The notes under the pieces: generated by a model
What the model was told of the DNA's origin: nothing
Database searches by the model: none
Seen by the model: only the letters and a program-made list of their open reading frames with translations
Shown: one piece after another, positions 54,225 to 64,000 of the stretch
How the letters are laid out: every line of letters begins with the position of its first letter
How positions within the stretch are numbered: the stretch's first letter is position 1
Translations under genes and position numbers: made by a program
Assembly (NCBI GenBank): GCA_951406725.2
Contig: OX597822.1
Location: 2,666,001 to 2,730,000, forward strand
Direction: 5' to 3'
Origin: Octopus vulgaris
Lineage: Eukaryota
DNA length: 64,000 nucleotides

Positions 54225-54422
54225 ATGATAGATCGTTAGCCACTACACACATTTTTTTCTCTCCTTGTTTCTCTCCTTGATTTTTTCTGTGTCCCTTTCT
54301 GTAGAAGAGCGTAGGTTCGAAACGTAAATGACTTTTTCTATTCCTGAGTGTTATACTAATACATCTGTTTGTTTTGTACACCACCTGTCTTCGTCTTTTG
54401 CTTTTTTCGTAAACTCTCCCTA
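54225..54422 (+). mobile_element. Family H1 hammerhead-like element
   Basis: CTTT-CTGTAGA-AGAGCGTAGGTTC-GAAACGTA. Confidence 0.6.
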
Positions 54423-54849
54423 CATAATACATATATATATACATACATGTGTGCATACAAACGAATCGTTGAGAGAGAGAGAGAATTACGAGTGAAGTGT
54501 TGAAGTTATAATAAAATATGGTTTAATGTAACACTTAACTGAAATCGTCATCAGTGAAGAACCTCAGACGATGAAGTATTTTTAAAGGCTTATTTCCTTG
54601 TTTCAGAAGATTGAGGTTGTGTGTTGTTGGGTTGTTTTATTTTGCTTGTATTGGGTGGATTAGCGTTCATTATTTCCATTTGATGATAAAAATTATTGGA
54701 GTTGGCAGATTAATGCAGCTAAGCATGGAGAGTTTTCTGTTTATAACTTCTTCGAAATTACAAATTGGATAAGTTTAATTTGTTATTTAGAGATGTTAGA
54801 ATGAGAATAGATGTGGTTGTACGGCAATTTACTCAGGAATTTATCCTTT

Positions 54850-55045
54850 TATTCTTTTACTCTTATACATGTTTCAATCATTTGACTCTGGCCATGCTGG
54901 AGTAACAGCTTGAAGAGCTTTAGTCGAACAAATCGATCCCCGGACTTTTTTTAAACCTAGCACTTATTCTATGGGTCTCTTTTGCTGAACCGCTAAGTTA
55001 CAGGGACGTAAACACACCAACACGGGTTGTCAAGCGACGACGGAG
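54850..55045 (-). mobile_element. SINE-B 3' half
   Basis: CATTTGACTCTGGCCATGCTGGAG...GCTAAGTTACAGGGACGTAAACAC. Confidence 0.75.
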
Positions 55046-55119
55046 TGACAAGCACAGGCGCAAAGACGCACGCGCGTAGATACATATGTATCTGTGTATA
55101 TATATATATATATATATAT

Positions 55120-55160
<41 letters not shown>

Positions 55161-55261
55161 TATATAACTTAAATTCGAGCTGTGTGGACAATACGGAACA
55201 GACACGGTGCCTCAACTAATTCAACTGAATCTTAGTTATATATATATATATATATGTTCGC

Positions 55262-55452
55262 CATGGTAGATCGCTAGCCACGACACATTCTTTATTTTCT
55301 CTCCTTGTTTCTTTCTGTGTTCCTTTCTGTGGAAGAGCGTAGGCTCGAAACGTTAAAGACTTTTTCAATTCCCGAGCGTTATACTAATACATCTATTCGT
55401 TGTCTACACTACCTGCCTTCGTCTTTTGTTTTTCTTTTTGTGAATTCTCCGT
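55262..55452 (+). mobile_element. Family H1 hammerhead-like element
   Basis: CTTT-CTGTGGA-AGAGCGTAGGCTC-GAAACGTT-AAAG; (TA)n both sides. Confidence 0.6.
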
Positions 55453-55796
55453 ATATATATATATATATGAATTTCCAAATTTTGGTTGGTAGAGATATAG
55501 AGTCCAAGTGGGTACCGTACTCACCTTTGCTGGTTATTAATGCTGGCTAACCTCAGTGAGTGTATCAAAAACGCCAGTTGTTTTAATTTGCTAACCTCAG
55601 TCTATCTTCACATCGGTAAATCCATATGTCTCTAGAAAGGCGTCATGTTTTCGGTAGAGAAAATAATGAAGCTATACTGCAGGAGAACAAATTTATATTC
55701 AGTTTCATTCAGTAATTAAATACTGAATATAACTAGATATAAATCTCTATTCTCCTTTACTATAAATTCTATATATATATATTTATATATATATAG

Positions 55797-55975
55797 TCAA
55801 TCCAAACATGAACGAGCAAGAAAACACAACAACGCGAGGATGTGAAGTAAGTATAGTGTTATTGGACGCTCATGAAAGGAAAGAAAAGAAAGAGGACTTC
55901 ACGTTTCGAGCGGAGCTCTTCATCAGAAATATAGAAAAAGTCCAAAGAAAGGAAGACGGAGAAAGAAAGTCGCCA
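55797..55975 (-). mobile_element. Family H2 hammerhead element
   Basis: Minus strand ATTT-CTGATGA-AGAGCTCCGCTC-GAAACGTG-AAGT (canonical CUGAUGA, but G at the cleavage position). Confidence 0.62.
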
Positions 55976-55977
55976 CA

Positions 55978-56084
<107 letters not shown>

Positions 56085-56265
56085 AATATTAGGGAATAAA
56101 TCCAAACTTACAGGGAAAAATCAGATTTAGGATTGAATCCAATTTTATAGTAAAATATTATATTATATTAAAATTAGAGACAAAACCACTATTAGGCAAA
56201 TCATACAATGAAAAACTTAAGCCAATACATAAGATTATTTAATTTATATTATTTAAATATATAAC

Positions 56266-56304
<39 letters not shown>

Positions 56305-56316
56305 GGGAGAGAGAGA

Positions 56317-56482
56317 TACGACTGGCTTCTTTCAGGGTCCGTTTACCAAATCAACTAACAAGGCTTTGGTCGGCCCGGGGCTATAGTAGAAGACGCCCCC
56401 CCTCCCAATTTGTCACGCAGTACGACTGAACCCGGAATCATTTGGATGGGAAGCAAGCTTCTTACCACCCAGCTACACCTGT
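56317..56482 (-). mobile_element. SINE-B 5' half
   Basis: CAAGGCTTTGGTCGGCCCGGGGCTATAGTAGAAGAC...GCAAGCTTCTTACCAC. Confidence 0.75.
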
Positions 56483-56846
56483 TTGCGAAATTGAAATTTC
56501 TTCGTGCCTCGTACATTTTTTTTTTACCGTGGTCATGGTAGGCGTCCAATCGCTGAAGAATTTCGTTGGAATAAAAGCAGCGATAAGTGATGTTTGTTAG
56601 TAACATTGGATATTTTTTTTCTTTTCCTTTAGGTAAATAATTAGTTTTTAACAGCGGAACGGTGACAGTAGTGGTGCCAAATAATGTTAGATAGTAGGAT
56701 GGGTAATTTTGTATGTGTTGGCATGTGCTAAAGGAGGAAATAAAGAGCAAGAGTGAACCGACTGCAATGGAGTGGAAGTTAAATTGGGCGAACAGCAAAA
56801 GACAAGGGAAAGCAACAGGCAAAGGTCGGCAGGTGCATATGCATAT

Positions 56847-56879
<33 letters not shown>

Positions 56880-56953
56880 CAAATATGCACAGATATATAT
56901 AGAGAGATACATACATAAACATATGTATGTATTATATGTATATATTAATATAA

Positions 56954-57038
<85 letters not shown>

Positions 57039-57232
57039 TACAAACATATATACGCATACATATACACCCACTCATATACACACATATACACGTATATACA
57101 TATATGCATATATACATGCAGTTTTTATATATATATTTATATACGTATATATTTATATTATGTATATATATAGGTATATATGCATATATATATATGTATA
57201 TGTGCATATATGTATATATGTATATATATGTA

Positions 57233-57340
<108 letters not shown>

Positions 57341-57660
57341 TAGATATACACGCACACACACACATATACAAACAACCAACAAATGCGCACACGCAGATAC
57401 ACACACTCAGACAGATAACAAGACAGACAATTGATATTCAGATACGTACAAACATATACTTTTGCATACATCCACATTAAGCATTCAGTTATTCACAAAT
57501 TCCACAAACTGTCTTCGCTGAAACAACACAGACCGGTCTCTGTGCTCATGGTGGTCTTCAGTTTTACAATGGAACAATTTAAATGAATATCGATGAAATA
57601 TATACGTGCCGGAACAGAATATAGCAGAAGGTCATATGATTGCGTAGATACACAGATATA

Positions 57661-58165
57661 AACAAATATCCATGCACAAATGCACATGTATCGGCGGCGC
57701 AATGACCCCGTGGGTTGGGCAGCGGACTCCAAGTCGTAAGATCGCGGTTTCGATTCCCAGACAGAGCGTTGTGAGTGTCTATTTGTCCAACAAATATCCA
57801 TGCACAAATACACATGTATCGGAGGCGCAATGACCCCGTGGGTAGGGCAGCGGACGCCCGGTCGTAAGATCGCGGTTTCGATTCCCAGACAGAGCGTTGT
57901 GAGTGTCTATTGAGAGAAAACACCTAAAGCTCCATGAGGCTCCGGCAAGGGGTGGTGGCGAAACCTGATATATACTCTTTCACCACAACTTTCTCTCACT
58001 CTTTCCTCCTGTTTCTGTTGTCCCTGTATTTCAAAGGGCCAGCCGTGTCACGCTGAATCTCCCCGAGAACTACGTTAAGGGTTCACATGTGTCTGTGTAA
58101 GTTCACGAGCAGGCTGTTCCGTTGATCGGATCAACTGGATCCCTCGTAATCGTAACCGACGGAGT
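57661..58165 (+). mobile_element. SINE-C with 128-bp tandem duplication of head plus flank
   Basis: AACAAATATCCATGCACAAAT...GGCGCAATGACCCCGTGGG repeated at 57661 and 57789. Confidence 0.8.
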
Positions 58166-58197
58166 GTCACGACGACATACGTATAATTTTTTTCGTG

Positions 58198-58515
58198 AAG
58201 GTATGTGACTCAGAGGTTAGGGTATTCGGTTCACGGTCGTAAGGTCGTGAGTTCGATTCCTGGCGGCGCGTTTTGCCCTGAGCAAGACACTTTATGTCAC
58301 GTAGCCCCAGTCCACTCGGCTGGCAAAAATGAGCAGTACTTGTAATTTAAAGAGCCAGCCTTGTCATATTCTTTACCCCACTGAATCTCTCTGAGAACTA
58401 CGTTATGGGTAAACGTGTCTGTGGAGTGCTCAGCCACTTGCACGTTAATTTCACGAGGAGGCTGTTCCGTTGATCGGATCAGATGAGATCCTCGTCGTCG
58501 TAACCAACGCAGTAC
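58198..58515 (+). mobile_element. tRNA-derived SINE (D-like head) sharing its tail with the preceding SINE-C
   Basis: GAGTTCGATTCC B-box; GAGAACTACGTTA and GGCTGTTCCGTTGATCGGATCA shared with 58050-58150. Confidence 0.7.
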
Positions 58516-58565
58516 CAGTTATATCATATTTCCATAAACCGACATACATGCAGATAAGCAAGTAG

Positions 58566-58625
<60 letters not shown>

Positions 58626-59021
58626 GTGTGTGTGTGTCCGTATGTAGTTATTTGTATATGTATAGATATACAACAGTTCACACACAACAACAAACAAAAA
58701 AAGTAATCAAAAATGGAAAAAATAATGAAACTTTCTTCTCGCGCTTGCCTCCTGTTATCTTTGGGGAACAGCAAATGACAGAGATACGTCCCTTTCCACT
58801 AGATATAACTACTACTACTACTACTACCACCACCACCACCACCCCTACTCCGAACAACAACAACAATGATAATAATAACAATAATAACTATAACAACAAT
58901 AAGAATAGCAACAATAACAATAATAATAACAATAATAATAGTAACAATAATGATAATAATAGCAATAATAATAATAGCAATAATAATGATAACGGTGATA
59001 ATAATAATAATAATTATTATT

Positions 59022-59352
59022 TCATTTATTTGCCACAAGGGCGAAAGATGAGGGGGACATACAGAGACAGACATGACGTGTGGAGGTTTACTTATGATAA
59101 TGAAATGATTTTAAAAAATCATTTCACGATGCACACTGGAAACGAAGAGACATCTGCATAGCATACAAAGGCACATGAAGAAGTGGCAGGGAGGATGATA
59201 GACGTGTGGCCCTCCTGGTACAGGAACGCCTCTAGGGGTAATCGAGGGACCCGGCTATCCGGGATGTCCCTGAAACCCTATGAGCAACTACTCTTTCCAA
59301 TTCCTTCTCTCCGACTCAAGGTCTATACTTGGAGAGGTACCATCAACTCTTG
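59022..59352 (-). mobile_element. Probable 5'-truncated 3' end of a second Tx1-like family
   Basis: Terminus TTTATTTGCCACAAGGG...GAGGGGGACATACAGAGACAGACA resembles both the array 3'UTR and the SINE-A tail. Confidence 0.5.
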
Positions 59353-59390
59353 CATAATAATAATAATAATAATAATGATAATAATAATAA

Positions 59391-59490
<100 letters not shown>

Positions 59491-59731
59491 AAGAAGAAGA
59501 AGAAGAAGAAGAAGAAGAAGAAGAAGAAGAAGAAGAAGAAGAAGAAGAAGAAGAAGAGTAATAATAATAATAATTCTTTCTACTGGAAGCAGAAGACCTC
59601 AAAATTGGGGTAAGGAATTAAGACGATTACTCGATCCCAGGGTTAAACTGGTACTTAATTTATCGACACTGAAGGATGAAAGGGAAAGTTGACCTCAGCG
59701 GAAATAATAATTCGATATAAACGTATCTGTC

Positions 59732-60150
59732 ATGACCTACCAAAAACTGAGCAAATATAAAGATCTTGAAATAGAAATCAGTAAAATGTGGAACCTGAAG
59801 ACTAAAACAGTACCTGTTGTCATAGGTGCCCTGGGAATGATAGAAAAAGGGGCTGAATGCTACCTAACTCAGATACCAGGAAATCCAAAAATTGCAGAAA
59901 TTCAAAAGATAGTGCTCATGGGAACTGCTCATATCCTACGCAAAATACTTTCTATGTAATCTCAAGTTTTAAAACAAACATAATTTTCGTATGGTTTTTA
60001 GACACTCACTAGTACAACACTAAGTTCAAAACCAAATATATGGCACCCTAGGCATAATACCAACATGAACTTCCAACTTGTTGTCTCTTGAGGTATCTGG
60101 CTGAGACTTGGAGCCAACTTGTACAAATGTAAAGCAAAAGTCAAACATAG
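59732..60150 (+). mobile_element. Dong/R4-clade LINE 3' end (RLE C-terminus + 3'UTR) followed by (TAA)n
   Basis: KLSKYKDLEIEISKMWNLKTKTVPVVIGALG...IQKIVLMGTAHILRKILS. Confidence 0.82.
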
Positions 60151-60239
<89 letters not shown>

Positions 60240-60761
60240 TAATAATGATCTTAACTGATTGGAAGTGTTATCATGTACATTGTTTTGTCTTGGTATAAAA
60301 GATGGGCTACAGCAAATATTCTGCTCAATACCACAGATTTGCTTGTCAGTTGTTTGACCTTAACCAGTTGAGCATGTCCCTTAGTGGCTGACGATATGTG
60401 CATCTCTGATCACGAGCAGAAGTAGTGGGGGAACATCATAGCCATGTGTTGAGAAGGATTCTTTGGGGTTTGAATAATTCACCTCTGGAAACATGGGTGT
60501 TTCGTTCAACGTCCTTAAACAACCCTTATTCAGGGACCTTTTGAGCAGGATGGGTTACTCGATCTGAAGAAAATTCTAACTGGGCTCCACCTGCAAGGTC
60601 ATGTGCTGTTTATCTTGATATGAGATCACCATGTCGCGCACATATGGTTGTGATGCATGTGCCTGGTGTACCCTTATCAGACGGGTAGTCATGATGGGTA
60701 TACTGGGCTTCGTATATTTTACCCCAGTGTCACTTTGATGGCATGCTCTGCTCGCTCACTC

Positions 60762-60818
<57 letters not shown>

Positions 60819-60831
60819 TATAATCATAATA

Positions 60832-60884
<53 letters not shown>

Positions 60885-61092
60885 GATGGTTTCAAATTTT
60901 GGCACAAGACCAGCAATTTTAGTGGGAGAAGTAAATCGGTTGCATTGACCCCAGTGTTCAACTGATACTTAATATATCGACCTCGAAATGGATGAAAGGC
61001 AAAGTTGTATTCGGTAGAATTTGAACTCTGAACGTAAAGATGGACTCAATGGTGTTTATCGTTTTACCCGGCGTTGTAACGACTCTGTTACC
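60885..61092 (-). mobile_element. SINE-A-related, degenerate
   Basis: GACCCCAGTG...GGATGAAAGGCAAAGT...AATTTGAACTCTGAACGT. Confidence 0.65.
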
Positions 61093-61095
61093 TCA

Positions 61096-61169
<74 letters not shown>

Positions 61170-61892
61170 AACATAAACCACTGAGGAAGCATCTTTACAG
61201 TCGATCGGCCTACTGGAAATAGCAACTTAATCTTAAATTAAGCGGTAAGTGTATTACACATTAGATACACAATGTAATTCTAGATACACTATGTGTGAAA
61301 ACTAACAAAAAAAGAAAAGGAAAGAAAAGAAAAAAAAAGAAAAATATAAAAAAACAAAAAAAACTACAAGCTTAGTTTAGCCACGGATGGCACTGCATTG
61401 ATCAGATCTCGTTCAGCGTTGACCTGCGAGGATAAACAACAAGTAGAAACAAAACAAACGGAACCAATATACGGAAAGTTAAGTTTCCATATCGCTTCCA
61501 TATTGATTTTCTGCTGAGTTATTTTGCTTGCATAAAACATTCAGAAGAAATCATTTGACTGGGTTTTTACTAATAATAGTATTAAAACCGAACCAGTATT
61601 TGGCTAGTCTAGACAGTTCGGCATCGGTCTCTAGAGATAGAGGAATTGGGATCGATTTCTTTAACTTGCTTGAAATCTGAGAGTATTCTACTAATTGTTG
61701 ATGTTTTTTCTGGTCGTTGTTGTTGTTGTTTTTATTGCTGTATTTCGTAGTTATTGCGTTAGTAGTGTTATTTGATAATCCTGTGGCTGTCAATAATAGA
61801 CACTAATAAGCTATGTACAAAGAATAACATCGAGGAAGGGGCTACTACTGCTCTCGTTGCTCTATAGACCCAGATCAACCTTGATACCCCAT

Positions 61893-62300
61893 GATAGATC
61901 GTTAGCCACTACACACATTTTTTTCTCTCCTTGTTTGTATGTACATATATATAGAGTGCATTTGTGATCTCACGGAGAGTAAGGGCCGGATGGAAAACGT
62001 TTAATATATATTTTTTTCTCTCCTTTTTTCTTTCCTTGTTTTTTCTGTGTCTCTTTCTGTAGAAGAGCGTAGGCTCGAAATATAAAAGACTTTTCTATTC
62101 CTGAGCATTATACTAATACATCTGTTTGTTTTGTAAACCACGTGTCTTCGTCTTTTGGTTTTTCGTAAACTCTCCCTATATATATATATATTCCTGTTTC
62201 CGAAGAAGAGCTATGCTTGAAATATTAAGCAACTACTCTTTTCCTTCCACCGGGCGTCATATTAATACATTGCTTGATAGTGTTGGTGTGTTTGCGTTCC
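61893..62300 (+). mobile_element. Partial tandem of H1 and H2 hammerhead-like elements
   Basis: TCTTT-CTGTAGA-AGAGCGTAGGCTC-GAAATATA-AAAGA (~62053-62090) and GTTT-CCGAAGA-AGAGCTATGCTT-GAAA (~62196-62232). Confidence 0.55.
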
Positions 62301-62531
62301 TGCACTTTGCGATTCGGCACAAAAGATCGATAGAATTGTTACCAGACTTAAAAATTAAGCACTGGGCGCGATTCGTTCGACTAAAATCTTTCATAGTGGT
62401 GTATCAGTCTAATGAATTAACGAAAGATAACAGATATAAACACATACACACACACACACATATGCACACAAAAGCACTCTATATATATGTACATACTAAC
62501 ATACGCACAAACTCACACACAAACACACACA

Positions 62532-62585
<54 letters not shown>

Positions 62586-62835
62586 AATGCATATATATAT
62601 ATATATAAATGTATATATATATGTATATATATATACATATATATATATATACATATATACATATATATATATGTATATATATATACATATATATATACAT
62701 ATATATATATGTATATATATAAATACATATATATATATGTATATATATACATATATACTTATATATACATATATACATATATATATACACATATATATAT
62801 ATGTATATGTATATATATATATGTATATATATATG

Positions 62836-62903
<68 letters not shown>

Positions 62904-62916
62904 TACGCATATATAT

Positions 62917-63378
62917 ATGGAGCGTAGGCGGGAAAGATATGCCATAATATACATCTGGAAGATCCTGGAGGGAAGTGTCCTGAACTTTGGCATCGAGAGT
63001 TACGCAAATGCCAGAACTGGGCGCCACTGCGTGGTGCCTAGGACTCCAAACTTGCCATCAAGATGTAGGACAAGATTCTGTGATAGCCTGGGCTTCCGAG
63101 GCCCACAGCTCTTCAATATCCTCCCGAAGAACCTGAGAGACCTGCATGGGGTGGATACAGATGTCTTTAAAATGGAGCTGGATCTCTTCCTGTCAGGTGT
63201 CCCAGATGAACCAACTTCACGGCAGGAGGGGCAGATGAGGGCAGCTGCATCGAACTCTCTCATGCACCAAATAGCAGTTGCTAGAAAGCCTCCATGAAGT
63301 GAAACCAAGTAGCAACACCAAATGGCGGTGCCCCAGCATGGCCACAGCTCATAAGCTGAAACTAGAATCAATCAATCA

Positions 63379-63381
<3 letters not shown>
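62917..63381 (+). mobile_element. CR1-like LINE 3' end with (AATC)n tail
   Basis: [18 protein letters not shown]...[15 protein letters not shown]...[17 protein letters not shown]-terminal motifs. Confidence 0.8.
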
Positions 63382-63442
<61 letters not shown>

Positions 63443-63473
63443 CATATATATATATATTTATAATTATAAGCAT

Positions 63474-63840
63474 AATTATAATTAGGGGTCAGCTAATTGT
63501 TTCACTACACACCGAATTTAGAAATAGGAGTTAAAAATTGCTTTTTTACTACCATAAGTATCTCCCAGATAGCAACACATTTTTTTACGTAGGCAGAGGG
63601 AAAAATAATGAATCAACACGACTTCGATTAGCCACAGACGCGTTTCGAGATTAAAATATTTAATTAACTTACTTTCCGTCATCAGTGTAGCTAATCGAAG
63701 TCGTGTTGATTCATCGTTTTTCTCTTTGCCTACGTAAAAAAGCGTGTTACTGTCCGGGAGATTCTTACGAAGGAATTTTAAACGCCTACTTCTAAATTCG
63801 GCATGTGGTGAACCAATTAGCTGACCCCTAATTATAATTT
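63474..63840. repeat. ~360-bp fold-back element with an apical hammerhead motif
   Basis: Arms AATTATAATTAGGGGTCAGCTAATTG...AATCAACACGACTTCGATTAGC and their reverse complement; (TA)n both sides. Confidence 0.85.
63634..63688 (-). ncRNA. Type I hammerhead ribozyme motif
   Basis: Minus strand ACA-CTGATGA-[32 nt]-GAAAC-GC-GTC-TGT; palindromic ACGCGT stem III; stem II base imperfect. Confidence 0.6.
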
Positions 63841-63901
63841 TGTTTAATTATATATACATGCATATATATATATACATATATATATACATATATATACATA
63901 C

Positions 63902-63944
<43 letters not shown>

Positions 63945-64000
63945 TATATGTATATATACACATATATATAAGTATATATATATGTATATATATATATATA

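Noticed and set aside
56355-57071. 238-aa ORF with a non-repetitive middle
   Set aside because: Begins in microsatellite, ends in a SINE, and has no recognisable domain.

Overview
Eukaryotic, AT- and microsatellite-rich, repeat-dominated DNA. The SINE and LINE complement suggests an octopus-like cephalopod (inference). No host protein-coding exon could be supported. Bases 1-14883 are a head-to-tail array (period about 5455 bp, at least 3 copies, minus strand) of a full-length Tx1-group (L1 clade) non-LTR retrotransposon. Each unit has ORF1 (CCHC knuckle) and ORF2 (APE-RT-zinc finger). Units are separated by one 17-bp sequence that is part of the tRNA-derived head of a SINE into which the array is inserted. 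All copies share the same in-frame stops, and copy 2 is a mosaic. The rest of the window holds three or four tRNA-derived SINE families, one with a Tx1-like 3' tail and one with a CR1-like tail. It also holds fragments of Tx1, Dong/R4, RTE and CR1 LINEs, two DD37D (maT) transposon relics, several MITEs, a Helitron-like element and fold-back palindromes. More than ten Penelope-type minimal hammerhead-ribozyme-like motifs occur in short (TA)n-associated elements, one capping a ~360-bp hairpin. All alignments were made by eye, and SINE family letters A-D are my own labels.
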